From NCBI GenBank assembly GCA_035995025.1, contig DASYKY010000080.1:103308-167307 (forward strand): a stretch of DNA of 64,000 nt. Reading direction: 5' to 3'. The DNA is from Actinophytocola sp. (GTDB lineage Bacteria > Actinomycetota > Actinomycetes > Mycobacteriales > Pseudonocardiaceae). Position numbers and translations under genes: made by a program. How positions within the stretch are numbered: position 1 is the first letter of the stretch; each line of letters starts with the position of its first letter. The notes under the pieces are model-generated. The model ran no database searches and had not been told where the DNA came from. It was given only the letters and a program-made list of their open reading frames with translations. This document shows, one piece after another, positions 19,911 to 28,860 of this stretch.

Positions 19911-19990
19911 GCAGGACATGAGCGTGGCCGGGTACCCGGGGGAGGCGGGTACCCGGCCGGTGCCCAGCAGGCACGACCAGAGAGGACCTC

Positions 19991-21484
19991 CTACCCGGCC
20001 GGTCCGTCGGTGCGGCCGGCGCCCGTCGACACAGAGGCCTCGGCGGCCTCGGCGGGCTCGCCCGGCGGCGGATCGTCCGGATCGGCCAGCTCGATCACCG
20101 ACTCCGAGGCGGGCAGCCGGCCCCACGACGACTTGCGCAGGCCCGTCACGATCGGGCTCGCGAGCGCCGTGGTCACCAGCGTCATCAGCACGAGGATCGC
20201 GAACAGGTCCTTGGTGAGCACGCCCAGATCGAGCCCGATGTTCAGCACCACCAGCTCGGTGAGCCCGCGGGAGTTCATCAGCGCACCGATCTGCATCGAG
20301 TGGTTCCAGTCCGCGCCCATCGCCCGCGCCGCGACCATCGCGCCGACCAGCTTGCCCAGCATCGCCAGCACCAGGACCACCCCGCACCAGGCCCACATGC
20401 TGCCGTCGCGGAGCAGCGTCAGCTCGGTGCGCAGCCCGCTGTAGGCGAAGAACAGCGGCAGCAGCAGCGTCGAGGTCAGGCTGTTGATCGTGCTGAACAG
20501 CTTCTCGCCCACGATGCTCTCGCCGGGCAGCACCAGGCCGAGCAGGAACGCGCCGAAGATCGCGTGCACGCCGATCCACTCGGTCGCCGTCGCGCAGAGC
20601 AGGACGCCGACGATCACGACCTGCACGATCATCCGCAGCCGGTGCGCCCCCGGGGTCTCGAGAAGCCGGGTCAGCCACGGCCGCAACGCGAACAGCAGGA
20701 CCGCGAACACCGTGGTCAGCGCCGCCGTGGTCACCACCCCGGCGATCGAGGACACCCCGACGACCGCGATCACCAGAGCGAGCAGGATCCACGCGGTGAC
20801 GTCACCGGCGAGCGCGCACGTCATCACGAGCGTGCCGATCCGGGTGCGGTACAGACCCAGGTCGACGAGGATCCGGGCCAGCACCGGCAGCGCGGTGATG
20901 CTCAGCGACACGCCGAAGAACATCGCGAACGGCAGGAAGCCGACGCCGTCCGGCGCGAACCTGTCGTAGGCGGGTATCGCCAGCAGCACACCAAGCATGA
21001 ACGGCGTCGCGATGCTCACGTGGCTGACCACCAGTGCGAGCGGGCCGCGGCCCTTCAGCTTCCCGAGATCGAGCTCCAGCCCGGTGAGGAAGACGAACAA
21101 CACCACGCCGAGCTGCGCGAGGATGTTGATCTGCGGCAGCACGCTCTGCGGCAGCAGGAAGTCCGACCCCGCCGGCCACAACGCACCCAGCACCGAGGGG
21201 CCGAGCACCATGCCAGCGGCGATCTCCCCGATCACCGGCGGCTGGCCGATCTTGCGCATCAACACCCCGGCCAGCTTGCAGACCCCGACGATCGTGGCGA
21301 TCGCCAGGAACAAGCGGGCCATCGGGTGCTGCACGACCGAGGCGGCGGCCGAGCCGCCCGGATGTACGTCGTCCGAGCCCAGGTCGGCGCTGACCAGTGC
21401 GACCACCGCCACCGCGGCGGGGACGACCACCAGCGCCGTGTAGATCGCGGCCGTCCGCCCGATCCTGTTGCGCACGCTCATCAT
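19991..21484 (-). CDS. Cation/H+ antiporter (CPA2/Kef-type)
   Basis: GQPPVIGEI, SITALPVLARIL, PLFFAYSGL and LMNSRGLTELVVLNIG motifs. Confidence 0.92.
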   Translation of the reverse strand: MMSVRNRIGRTAAIYTALVVVPAAVAVVALVSADLGSDDVHPGGSAAASVVQHPMARLFLAIATIVGVCKLAGVLMRKIGQPPVIGEIAAGMVLGPSVLGALWPAGSDFLLPQSVLPQINILAQLGVVLFVFLTGLELDLGKLKGRGPLALVVSHVSIATPFMLGVLLAIPAYDRFAPDGVGFLPFAMFFGVSLSITALPVLARILVDLGLYRTRIGTLVMTCALAGDVTAWILLALVIAVVGVSSIAGVVTTAALTTVFAVLLFALRPWLTRLLETPGAHRLRMIVQVVIVGVLLCATATEWIGVHAIFGAFLLGLVLPGESIVGEKLFSTINSLTSTLLLPLFFAYSGLRTELTLLRDGSMWAWCGVVLVLAMLGKLVGAMVAARAMGADWNHSMQIGALMNSRGLTELVVLNIGLDLGVLTKDLFAILVLMTLVTTALASPIVTGLRKSSWGRLPASESVIELADPDDPPPGEPAEAAEASVSTGAGRTDGPAG

Positions 21485-21525
21485 GTCCTCCAGGTGAGCA
21501 GGGATGGATCACGTGGAGAGCGGGC

Positions 21526-23136
21526 TCAGGTGCGGGCGGCTTCGGGTTCCCGGTTGTGCAGGCGGCACAGGTACTCGTAGGTCGTGGGCAGCGTCTCCAG
21601 CAGCTCTCGCTGCCGGTCCTTCATCTTGTCGAAGATGTGGTCGGCACGCGTCGCCGCGTCCGGCCGGTAGGTCAGCGCCGGCAGCGGCTTCTCGGGCAGG
21701 AAGTTCAGCCCGGCGAAGATGCAGTAGTAGCTGGCGTTGGTCCAGAAGTTGTGGAACTCGGCGTCGAAGTTCTCGTAGTAGGTCGCCTCGTCGGTGACCG
21801 GCATGTTGATCGCCATGCCGGCCCGGTACATCGCGATCTTCTCCTGGATGTCCGGGGCGAGCGCGATCTCCTTGTTGGCCCGCCAAAACTCGGTGTCGTT
21901 GCGGGGCGCCAGGCAGAAGTGCGCCTGGATGAAGTCCCGCGTGTCGTCGAACATGACCTCGATCTCCTTGTTGAAGCGGTCGAGGAGGATCGGGTCGAAG
22001 TTCTTGTCCGGGAAGTGCTTGGCCAGCTGGTAGATCGCGGCGGTGATGAAGTAGATGCCGCTGGACTCGAGCGGCTCCAGGAACACCGACGACAGGCCGA
22101 TACCCACGACGTTCTTCACCCACGAGCGGCGGTTGCGGCCCACCCGGAAGCGCACGTGGTTCAGCGGCTGCTCGGTGGGGTCGAGCCCCCACATGTTGCA
22201 GAACTCCTCGGTCGCCTCGTCCTGGCTGGTGAACTGGCTCGAGTAGACGTAGCCGCTGCCGAACCGGCCGAGCATCGGGATCTTCCAGGTCCACCCGTTG
22301 CGCATGGCGATGGACGAGGTGTACGGCTCGACGCCGTTCGCCGCGTCGTCGTGGGGCACCTGGGTGGCGACCGCGCGGTCGTTCACCAGGTGGTCGGACA
22401 TGTCGATGAACGGCTCTTCCATCACCTGGTTCATCAGCAGGCTGCGGAAGCCGGAGCAGTCGATGAACAGGTCGCCCTCGATGATCGGGCCCGCCTCGGT
22501 GCGCAGGCCGGTGACGAAGCCGCGCGAGTCCCGCAGCGCCTCGGTCATCTTGCCCTCGACGTGGCGCACACCCATCCGCTCGGTGGCGAACCGGCGCAGG
22601 AAGTCGGCGACCAGCTGCGCGTCGAAGTGCCAGGCGTAGTTCGTCCACGGGGTGCCGTCCTGGTGCCGCGGCGCCAGGTTGGCGTCGCAGATCGGGGACT
22701 CGCGGTAGCAGGCATAGTCGTAGGGCTCGTCGGTGAGACCGAGCGAGCGCTTGTAGGCCCAGTAGTGCGACAGCGGCATCTGCTCGTGGTTGGGCAGCAG
22801 TCCGAAGAGGTGGTCGAAGTGGTCCGGCTTGCCGTTGAACGTGCGCGAGGTCGACTGGCCGTCGCCCTCGGTCCGCCAGTTGACGAACCGGACGCCCATC
22901 TTGAAGCTCGCGTTGACCTCACGCATCCACTCGTCCTCTTCGAGGCCGAGGAACCGGAAGAACGCGCGGTGCAGGTTCGGCACGGTGGCCTCCCCCACCC
23001 CGATGCGCGGGATCGCCGGTGACTCCAGCACCGTGACGTCGACCGTCGGTCCCAGTGCCTTCCCCAGATACGAGGCCGTCATCCAGCCCGCTGTGCCCCC
23101 ACCCAGGATGACGACGTTCTTGATCCGGTTGTCCAT
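21526..23136 (-). CDS. Flavin-dependent tryptophan halogenase (Thal/RebH-like)
   Basis: GGGTAG, GVGEAT, catalytic K79, DCSGF, WTWKIP and FLEPLESSG motifs. Confidence 0.95.
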   Translation of the reverse strand: MDNRIKNVVILGGGTAGWMTASYLGKALGPTVDVTVLESPAIPRIGVGEATVPNLHRAFFRFLGLEEDEWMREVNASFKMGVRFVNWRTEGDGQSTSRTFNGKPDHFDHLFGLLPNHEQMPLSHYWAYKRSLGLTDEPYDYACYRESPICDANLAPRHQDGTPWTNYAWHFDAQLVADFLRRFATERMGVRHVEGKMTEALRDSRGFVTGLRTEAGPIIEGDLFIDCSGFRSLLMNQVMEEPFIDMSDHLVNDRAVATQVPHDDAANGVEPYTSSIAMRNGWTWKIPMLGRFGSGYVYSSQFTSQDEATEEFCNMWGLDPTEQPLNHVRFRVGRNRRSWVKNVVGIGLSSVFLEPLESSGIYFITAAIYQLAKHFPDKNFDPILLDRFNKEIEVMFDDTRDFIQAHFCLAPRNDTEFWRANKEIALAPDIQEKIAMYRAGMAINMPVTDEATYYENFDAEFHNFWTNASYYCIFAGLNFLPEKPLPALTYRPDAATRADHIFDKMKDRQRELLETLPTTYEYLCRLHNREPEAART

Positions 23137-23230
23137 CTTTCGTGGTCCTCCACACTCGTGTACCGAAGGAGCCGCGCCGAGTTCAGGGAGAGGGGACGCG
23201 GCCCAGGGGAGAGAAAACTCTGTGCTCGCC

Positions 23231-23761
23231 TCAGTCGGACGTCCACGCCGCGTAGGACCGCATCCCGTACAGCAACGGGTTTCTCGGTCTGTTCAGCACG
23301 CCGTCGACCTGCCCGAACACGACGACGTGGTCGCCGGCGACCGTCGCCTCGACAACATTGCACTCGGCAACCGCGTGCGCGTCGTGGACCAGCCACGGCA
23401 GCCCGCGCCGCGGGGTGCGATCCCACTCGACCTCCGCGAACCGGTCCTTGTCCGGAGTCGCGAAGACCTCGGCGGCGTTGCGCCCGTCCGCGTGCAGCAG
23501 GTTCACCGCGAAGACACCTTGCCGCAAGATCTCGGCCAAGGTCTGGCTGTGATTGTGCAAGCAGGCCAACAGGATCGGCGGTCGAAGGCTCACGCTGCAC
23601 ATCGACGTGCACGTCAGCCCGTACGGGGTGCCATCAGCGTCCTGCGCGGTCACCACGGTGACCCCGCTGGGGAAGACGTTCATCAACTCTCGGAAGGCTG
23701 TGTCACCCACACCCGACCAGGTAGTCGCCCACTCGATGTCCGGCATCGCCGTCTCTGTCAT
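23231..23761 (-). CDS. Flavin reductase (halogenase partner, RebF-like)
   Basis: [22 protein letters not shown] and GDH motifs; start codon uncertain. Confidence 0.9.
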   Translation of the reverse strand: MTETAMPDIEWATTWSGVGDTAFRELMNVFPSGVTVVTAQDADGTPYGLTCTSMCSVSLRPPILLACLHNHSQTLAEILRQGVFAVNLLHADGRNAAEVFATPDKDRFAEVEWDRTPRRGLPWLVHDAHAVAECNVVEATVAGDHVVVFGQVDGVLNRPRNPLLYGMRSYAAWTSD

Positions 23762-24459
23762 CCGCCCGATCACCTCTACCTCGGCAACAGTTCCGTATGC
23801 GGCTTCTTCGGCGGCTCTCAAGGCGGATTCAGGTATTTTCCGACCCGCCCTGAGGGTGGCCAGAGTCTAACCCGCTCAGGCAAACATCTTGCTTTCCAAG
23901 CGTGAAGGGGAGCCGACGACTACGCTCGGTGGGCGCAACCCGGCCGCCGGGCCTGTCCACACCGGACCAGCGCCTTCTCGGGCGATCGGCGCGCCGTTTC
24001 GGTGATCTTCTCCCCGGCGCCCCCGCCTCCGTCGCGGATACCAGGGCCAGCCGATTTCCATTACCCCGCAATGACTTCCGAGTTACCCATAACGGGATCA
24101 CGGACCGTGCCGATGTAGACTTCCGCAAGGGCCGGACGAGTGGTCAAGATCGCGGACGGGACCACCGTTCTCGGTCCGAAAGGGACACTCAGGTCCAAAG
24201 AGGCGGTACGTTCCTAGGTCATCCGCCCGCGACCCGGTCCAACGTTTGGCCCTCCCCCGGCGCCGCCATCCGGGCGGCGACGAAAGTCGGGGTGTCCACG
24301 GAGGGCTACGGCGTGACTACTCGTGTCCGGTCAAGACCGCCCGGGAAACCCGTGGGGAGAGGGTGGCGCCGGGCCGTCCGGCCGTGCTACGGGCCGGAGT
24401 CCGATTCGGTTCACGGTGAGTATCCGTCAGTATCCGACAGCTCCCCGTACGTTGACCGC

Positions 24460-25404
24460 ATGAAGATCAGTGTGGTCGCCGCGGCACGGGAGGACGAGCA
24501 GTCACCGGCCGAGGCGCTCGACGTGGCGGCGACGGCGGACCGGCTCGGGTTCGGCGAGGTGTGGCTCGGCGAGGGGCCCACCTGGGACGCCTTCGCGCTC
24601 GCCGCGGCGGTCGGGGCGCGGACCTCGCGGCTGGCGATGACCGCGGGGCCGGTGCCGGTCTCGGTTCGCGACCCCTTCTCTATCGTGCGCGGGGCCGCCT
24701 CCGTGGAGGCCGTGACCGGGCGGCCCACCGGGGTCGCGCTCGGCACGTCCAGCACGCGGGTCGTCGAGGGCGTGCACGGTCGCTCCCGGGCGACGCCGGT
24801 CGGTGACCTGCGGGACTGTGCCGCCGCGTACGTGGCGCACCGGCGCGGCGAGTGGTTCGGCGCCACCGGCACACACGGGTTCCGCCGCCGGCTGCCCGCC
24901 GCGACCGGGCCGCTCACGATCGCCGCCTTCGGGGACCGGGCCATCCGCATCGCGGCGCGGTACGCCGACCGGATGCTGCTCGACCTCGTCTCCCCCGCCC
25001 AGGTCCGCGCGCTGCGGGCCATCCTGCATGCCGCGACCGGGCGGCCACCGGCGCTCGCCGCCTGGCTGCCGGCCGCCGTCGACCCGGACGACACCTCCTA
25101 CGCCCAGCTCATGCGGGCCCTCGCCGGCTACCTGCCGGTGCGGGGCTACCAGGAGATGTTCGCCGCCGCCGGGTTCACCGCCGCGGTCGAGCTGGCGAAC
25201 CGCGGCGCGAGCCCCGACGAGCTGGTCGCCGCGCTGCCCGGGCACGCGGCACGCACGGTCGGCCTCGTCGGCGACGCGCGGTCCGTGCGCGACCGGATCG
25301 CCGAGTACGCCGAGGCCGGTCTCGACGAGATCGCCGTCGTGCCGGCCACCGCGGGCGACCCCGCGGGCGAGCGCACCCTCACCGCACTGGCCGGTCCACA
25401 GTAG
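24460..25404 (+). CDS. LLM-class (probably F420-dependent) oxidoreductase
   Basis: ADRLGFGEVWLGE, ALGTSS, AAFG and YAEAGLDEI motifs of the luciferase-like fold. Confidence 0.85.
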   Translation: MKISVVAAAREDEQSPAEALDVAATADRLGFGEVWLGEGPTWDAFALAAAVGARTSRLAMTAGPVPVSVRDPFSIVRGAASVEAVTGRPTGVALGTSSTRVVEGVHGRSRATPVGDLRDCAAAYVAHRRGEWFGATGTHGFRRRLPAATGPLTIAAFGDRAIRIAARYADRMLLDLVSPAQVRALRAILHAATGRPPALAAWLPAAVDPDDTSYAQLMRALAGYLPVRGYQEMFAAAGFTAAVELANRGASPDELVAALPGHAARTVGLVGDARSVRDRIAEYAEAGLDEIAVVPATAGDPAGERTLTALAGPQ

Positions 25405-25519
25405 ACAGTCGTGCTGATCATGCGCACGCATTCCGCATCAGGCACCTTTGGTAGGTGGTGCGCGCCCGCGCCACCTCCCTAGGATCGGCCGACTCGATCC
25501 TTGTCTGGAAAGGAACGTC

Positions 25520-27703
25520 GTGCGGTTGACACACCTTCATCGCAGAAGTGTGCTGTTAGGAACCTTGACCGTGGTCGTGGCGATGGTGAGCGCCGCGGTC
25601 CCGGCGACGGCGGCGGGCGGTGCCGCTCCCGGCGGCCCCGGCGCCGAGGCGGTCTACCAGCCCGCCGACAAGCAGGCGTTCGGCACAGCGCACAGCGGGG
25701 CGGAGAGCCCCGTGTGGTTCACCCTCGGTGGCGGCCGGATGACCGAGGTCTTCTACCCCGACCTCAGCACCCCCGCGGTGCGCGACCTCCAGCTCGTCGT
25801 CACCGACGGGAAGACCTTCACCGAGCGCGCGCAGGACGTCGACGTGCGCACCGAGCCCGTCGACGGCAAGGGCCTGACGTTCCGCCAGGTCGCCCGCGGC
25901 ACCGGCTGGACCGCCGAGACCACCTACGTCACCGACCCGCACCGCGCGAGCGTTCTGGTGGACGTGAACCTCCACGCGCACCGGCCGCTGCAGGCCTACG
26001 TGTTCTACGACCCCGCACTGTCCCGGGAGGGCAACGACGACAGCGGCACGAGCGGCGCCGAGCTGGTCGCCTCGGACAAGAGCGCGACGAGCGCGCTGGT
26101 AGCCGGCCGCGGCTTCACGGCCACCTCGACCGGCTACCTCGGCACCAGCGACGGCTGGACCGACCTGGCCGACGACCACACGATGAACTGGACCTACGCC
26201 AAGGCGGGGCCGGGCAACGTCGTGCAGACCGGCAAGCTCGGCATCGACGGCGTCCGCCACGGCCACGACACGCTCGTGCTCGGCTTCGGCAAGAACCGCG
26301 CCGAGGCGGTCCGCACCGCGCACCGCACCCTTGCCACCGGCTTCCGTCCCGCCGCCCACGAGTACGCGCAGGGCTGGCGCGACTACGTGGCAGGCCTGAA
26401 CAAGGCCCCCAAGAGCATCCGGACCCACCACGAGCGCGAGGTGTACGCCAGCTCGCTCATGGTCCTCGCCGCCTCGGAGGACAAGGCACATCCCGGCGCG
26501 TACATCGCGTCGCCGACGTTCCCCTGGGCGTTCGGCTTCGACCGGCAGATCTCCCCGGAGTTCGGCTCGTACGCGCTGGTCTGGCCGCGTGACCTCTACC
26601 AGATCGCGACCGGCCTGCTCGCGGCCGGCGACCACGCGGGCGCGAACCGGGCGCTCGACTACATGCTGAAGGTGCAGCAGCAGCCCGACGGTCACCTGTC
26701 GCAGAACACCCGGGTGAACGGCGAGCCCTACTGGACCAGCGTCCAGCTGGACGAGACCGCCTCGCCGATGCTGCTCGCCTGGCTGCTCGACCGCACCGAC
26801 GCGGGCACTCTCGACGGTCTGCGCAAGGCCGCGGAGTTCATGGTCAACTACACCAAGGACGGCAACCACGCGCCGTGGACCGAGCAGGAGCGCTGGGAGA
26901 ACCAGAGCGGCTACTCCCCCGCCACGATCGCCTCGGAGATCTCCGGCCTGGTCTGCCTCGCCGACCTGCTGCGGCGCGCCGGCGACACCGCGGGCGCACA
27001 GCACTACCTGCAGATCGCCGACTCGTGGGAGAAGTCGGTCGAGTCATGGACGGTCACCAAGACCGGGCCGCTGTCGGCCGATCCGTACTACCTGCGGCTG
27101 ACGAAGGACGGCAAGCCGGACCTGGGCACGAAGTACAACCTTGGTGACAACAACCCGGGCGAGGTCGACCAGCGCACGGTCGTCGACCCGAGCTTCCTCG
27201 AGCTGGTCCGGCTGGGCGTGCGGCCCGCCGACGACCCGGCGGTCGTGAACTCGGTCGGCGTGGTCGACGCCCAGCTCGGCGACGAGACGCCGGCCGGGCA
27301 GCTGTGGCACCGGTTCACCGGCGACGGCTACGGCGAACAGGCCACCGGCGAGGCGTGGAACGTCATCTGGCCGACGCCGGAGCCGACCCGCACGTACGGG
27401 CGGCTGTGGCCGATCTTCGCCGGCGAGCGCGGCGAGTACGACCTGCTGTCGGGCGACCCGGCAAGCGCCCGCGACCGCCTCGACACGATCGCGGGGACGG
27501 CGAACAGCGGGCTGATGCTGCCCGAGCAGGTGTGGGACAACCGGGCGCCCGCGCCGGCCAAGGAGCCGGGCACCGGCACCACCTCGGCCACGCCGCTGGC
27601 GTGGACGCACGCGCAGTTCGTCCGGCTGGCGTGGTCGATCCAGGAGGGCTCCCCGGTGGAGCGGCCGACCGTCGTGGCCTGCCGCTACGCCGAGACCTGC
27701 TGA
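25520..27703 (+). CDS. Secreted GH15 glucodextranase/glucoamylase
   Basis: Signal peptide; KQAFGTA, EVFYPD, VWPRDLY, QLDET, QERWEN, LPEQVW and PLAWTHAQF motifs. Confidence 0.92.
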   Translation: MRLTHLHRRSVLLGTLTVVVAMVSAAVPATAAGGAAPGGPGAEAVYQPADKQAFGTAHSGAESPVWFTLGGGRMTEVFYPDLSTPAVRDLQLVVTDGKTFTERAQDVDVRTEPVDGKGLTFRQVARGTGWTAETTYVTDPHRASVLVDVNLHAHRPLQAYVFYDPALSREGNDDSGTSGAELVASDKSATSALVAGRGFTATSTGYLGTSDGWTDLADDHTMNWTYAKAGPGNVVQTGKLGIDGVRHGHDTLVLGFGKNRAEAVRTAHRTLATGFRPAAHEYAQGWRDYVAGLNKAPKSIRTHHEREVYASSLMVLAASEDKAHPGAYIASPTFPWAFGFDRQISPEFGSYALVWPRDLYQIATGLLAAGDHAGANRALDYMLKVQQQPDGHLSQNTRVNGEPYWTSVQLDETASPMLLAWLLDRTDAGTLDGLRKAAEFMVNYTKDGNHAPWTEQERWENQSGYSPATIASEISGLVCLADLLRRAGDTAGAQHYLQIADSWEKSVESWTVTKTGPLSADPYYLRLTKDGKPDLGTKYNLGDNNPGEVDQRTVVDPSFLELVRLGVRPADDPAVVNSVGVVDAQLGDETPAGQLWHRFTGDGYGEQATGEAWNVIWPTPEPTRTYGRLWPIFAGERGEYDLLSGDPASARDRLDTIAGTANSGLMLPEQVWDNRAPAPAKEPGTGTTSATPLAWTHAQFVRLAWSIQEGSPVERPTVVACRYAETC

Positions 27704-27729
27704 GGCATTTCTGAGGCACTGCCGAGGCA
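27697..27729 (+). repeat. Three imperfect 11-bp direct repeats
   Basis: ctgctgaggca / tttctgaggca / ctgccgaggca. Confidence 0.5.
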
Positions 27730-27933
27730 GGGCGTTCGCGGGGCCATCACCGCTCGTGGGTTGCGGTGGTGGCCCCGCGGCGTCTGACAACCAGTCACGA
27801 TTACTACGCCCCACGTGCACGGAAATCACCGGGTGCACGCCCTCGGCGCGTGGCTGGGCAGGCGCGGGACCGCAGGTCGGGCAAGTTACGCTTGCCGACC
27901 AAGTCAGTCAGCAACACTCAGGTTGGAGCGCAC

Positions 27934-28860
27934 GTGCCTGTCGAGGCCGAGGAAGCCATCGCGCCGGAAGCCGTCCTGGACGTCCTCGAGGCGGAGGCCA
28001 TCCACGTCCTGCGGGAGGTCGCCGGCGCGTTCCGCCGGCCGGTGCTGCTGTACTCGATCGGCAAGGACTCCTCGGTCCTGCTGCACCTCGCGATCAAGGC
28101 GTTCGCGCCGGGACCGGTGCCGTTCCCCGTGCTGCACATCGACACCAAGTGGAAGTTCCGGGAGATGATCGACTTCCGGGACGCCACCGCCCGCCGGCTC
28201 GGCATCGACCTTCGGGTGCACACCAACGAGGACGGGCGCGCCGAGGGCGTCACCCCGTTCACGCACGGCTCGCACGAGTACACGCGCATCATGAAGACCG
28301 TGGCGCTGCGGCAGGCGCTCGACGCCGCCGGGTTCGACGCGGCCATCGGCGGCGCGCGCCGCGACGAGGAGCGCTCCCGCGCCAAGGAGCGGATGTTCTC
28401 CCTCCGCGAGCCCGGCCACCGGTGGGAGCCCCGCAAGCAGCGCCCGGAGTTCTGGCGCAGCGCGAACACCGAGCTCGCCGAGGGCCAGACGATGCGGGTG
28501 TTCCCGCTGTCCAACTGGACCGAGCTGGACGTCTGGCGATACATCAAACGCGAGGCCATCCCGGTCGTGCCGTTGTACTTCGCCAAGCCGCGCCCGGTCG
28601 TCGAGCGGGACGGCGCGCTGATCATGGTCGACGACGACCGCTACCCGCTGCACGAGGGCGAGCGGCCCGAGGAGCGCCTGGTCCGCTTCCGCACGCTCGG
28701 CTGCTACCCGCTCACCGCGGCGGTCGAGTCGAAGGCGGAGACCCTGGACGAGCTCATCGACGAGATGCGCGCCGACCGCCGCTCCGAGCGCGCGGGCCGG
28801 CTCATCGACGGCGAGGGTGGCAAGTCCATGGAGAGCAAGAAGACGGAGGGCTACTTCTGA
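27934..28860 (+). CDS. cysD: Sulfate adenylyltransferase subunit 2
   Basis: [28 protein letters not shown] and C-terminal EGYF. Confidence 0.95.
   Translation: MPVEAEEAIAPEAVLDVLEAEAIHVLREVAGAFRRPVLLYSIGKDSSVLLHLAIKAFAPGPVPFPVLHIDTKWKFREMIDFRDATARRLGIDLRVHTNEDGRAEGVTPFTHGSHEYTRIMKTVALRQALDAAGFDAAIGGARRDEERSRAKERMFSLREPGHRWEPRKQRPEFWRSANTELAEGQTMRVFPLSNWTELDVWRYIKREAIPVVPLYFAKPRPVVERDGALIMVDDDRYPLHEGERPEERLVRFRTLGCYPLTAAVESKAETLDELIDEMRADRRSERAGRLIDGEGGKSMESKKTEGYF

Noticed and set aside
23810-23890. Possible FMN or glycine riboswitch (ctcagggcggg..., ctcaggcaaa)
   Set aside because: Only short fragments match; the conserved cores are missing and the glycine-like fragment is on the wrong strand
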